DNA of 64,000 nt from Callorhinchus milii (lineage: Eukaryota): contig NW_024704742.1 of NCBI RefSeq assembly GCF_018977255.1, forward strand, positions 97,652,001-97,716,000. Reading direction: 5' to 3'. The notes beneath the pieces were generated by a model. That model saw only the letters and a list, made by a program, of their open reading frames with translations, had not been told where the DNA came from and ran no database searches. Below are positions 63,013-64,000 of this stretch, piece after piece. The position numbers and the translations under genes were made by a program. How positions within the stretch are numbered: the first letter of the stretch is position 1; the number at the start of each line of letters is the position of its first letter.

Positions 63013-63196
63013 GGGGAGAAATTCCATCTGAATTTAGATGCAAGACTTTTTGCTTAGCATTTTAGAGCAGGCATATTTGCCAATTTTTAAACACAAAAAG
63101 CTTCAAAATTGAGATCAAATATAAGTATTATCCAAAATCTGCACCTTCTGAAATGCTAAGAAAAAGTAAGTCTTGATTCAGGTGAAATTGCATGCC
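63013..63196. mobile_element. MITE, same family as 20024-20197
   Basis: ggggagaaattccatctgaat...gcttagcattttaga / ttctgaaatgctaagaaaaa...attcaggtgaaatt. Confidence 0.7.
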
Positions 63197-63499
63197 ATGT
63201 CCCAAGCATAAAATAGCACATCTGGCTTCAGAGCTTATTTTGATGTTCTTTGTCAGGCTGCATTTAAACATATATCACAGGACTAAATATTGTTAATGAA
63301 GTAGATCTCATCATTATAAGTAAATATGAGTTTCAATACTGCTGGCGTCTTTATACCATCATCCCCTAGTTACATATGTGCCAGACCTTACCATCACTGA
63401 TACATTTAAGTACATGTGTTTACAGTTTGCTTGCATTTTTGTTTATTGCATTGAAACCATAATGATGCAATAGGGAGTAATACTAATAATTTCTAAGAA

Positions 63500-64000
63500 C
63501 TTGCTGGTCAGCCTCTCCAACTCCTCCCTTCGTAGGCTGCCGATCTTCCAGAACTCTGCATCCCTTCTCTTCTCCCACACCAGGCTCCATGACCCTTTCA
63601 TCCCCATTCTCACCCGACTCCACTGGCTCCCCATCACACAGAGGATACAGTTCAAGATCCTGGTCCTCACCTTCAAAGCCCTGGGTGGTCTTTCTCCCCC
63701 CTACATCTGCAACCCCCTAACCCCCTACCACCCTGCCCGCTCCCTCCATTCAGTGGGCTCCTTCCTGCTTCACGTTTCCCACCTCGCACGCCCCACCATT
63801 GACAGGCGGGCCTTCTGCTACTCTGCTCCCATCCTCTGGAACTCCATCCTGCAGTCCCTCCACCTCAGCCCCTCCCTTGTCTCCTTCAAGACCCATCTCA
63901 AGACCTTATTCTTCCAATCACTCTGCTTCCCCTCCTGCCCTCCACCCTCCCCGATCCTGACCCCCAGCTCGGGTCTGAAACTCTGACTGTCCAGCACCTT
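63500..64000 (+). mobile_element. L2 3' fragment running off the window end
   Basis: ORF 63501-63986 RLHWLPITQRIQFKILVLTFKAL...AFCYSAPILWNS. Confidence 0.9.

Noticed and set aside
52000..64000. PC5/6A-specific terminal exon or further upstream PCSK5 exons
   Set aside because: No Cys-rich spliceable exon or CKTCTFQG-like ending was found by eye; the FQG-like read near 56245 lacks the cysteines and stop. These exons are presumably beyond the window
1..64000. CRISPR arrays, operons or other prokaryotic systems
   Set aside because: Spliceosomal vertebrate genes and retroposons explain the window; recurring short motifs are dispersed LINE/SINE tails, not regularly spaced repeats

Overview
Eukaryotic, intron-rich vertebrate DNA. 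The repeat content (L2, CR1, Deu-type tRNA SINEs, a Penelope-type fragment) suggests a cartilaginous fish; this is inference. Two convergent genes were assembled by hand from GT-AG junctions with consistent phases. RFK (riboflavin kinase; + strand) has exons 2-4 at 654-805, 3703-3805 and 12572-12702, with exon 1 upstream of the window. PCSK5 (- strand) has 17 exons from 51946 to the stop at 20599, encoding about 990 aa of the PC5/6B-specific Cys-rich region, the TM helix and the cytosolic tail. The rest is intron, UTR and transposon debris. Most notable: (1) a 100-bp TSD-flanked Penelope-type insert in RFK intron 3 carrying a complete minimal hammerhead ribozyme fold; (2) an R4/Dong-type REL-endonuclease retrotransposon sitting between (TAA)n tracts, one of them a SINE tail; (3) near-identical inverted SINEs bracketing frame-preserving PCSK5 exon blocks; (4) a MITE hairpin in the presumed PCSK5 3'UTR; (5) a duplicated splice-donor/intron segment. 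Repeat boundaries are approximate, and all homologies were recognised by eye without searches.
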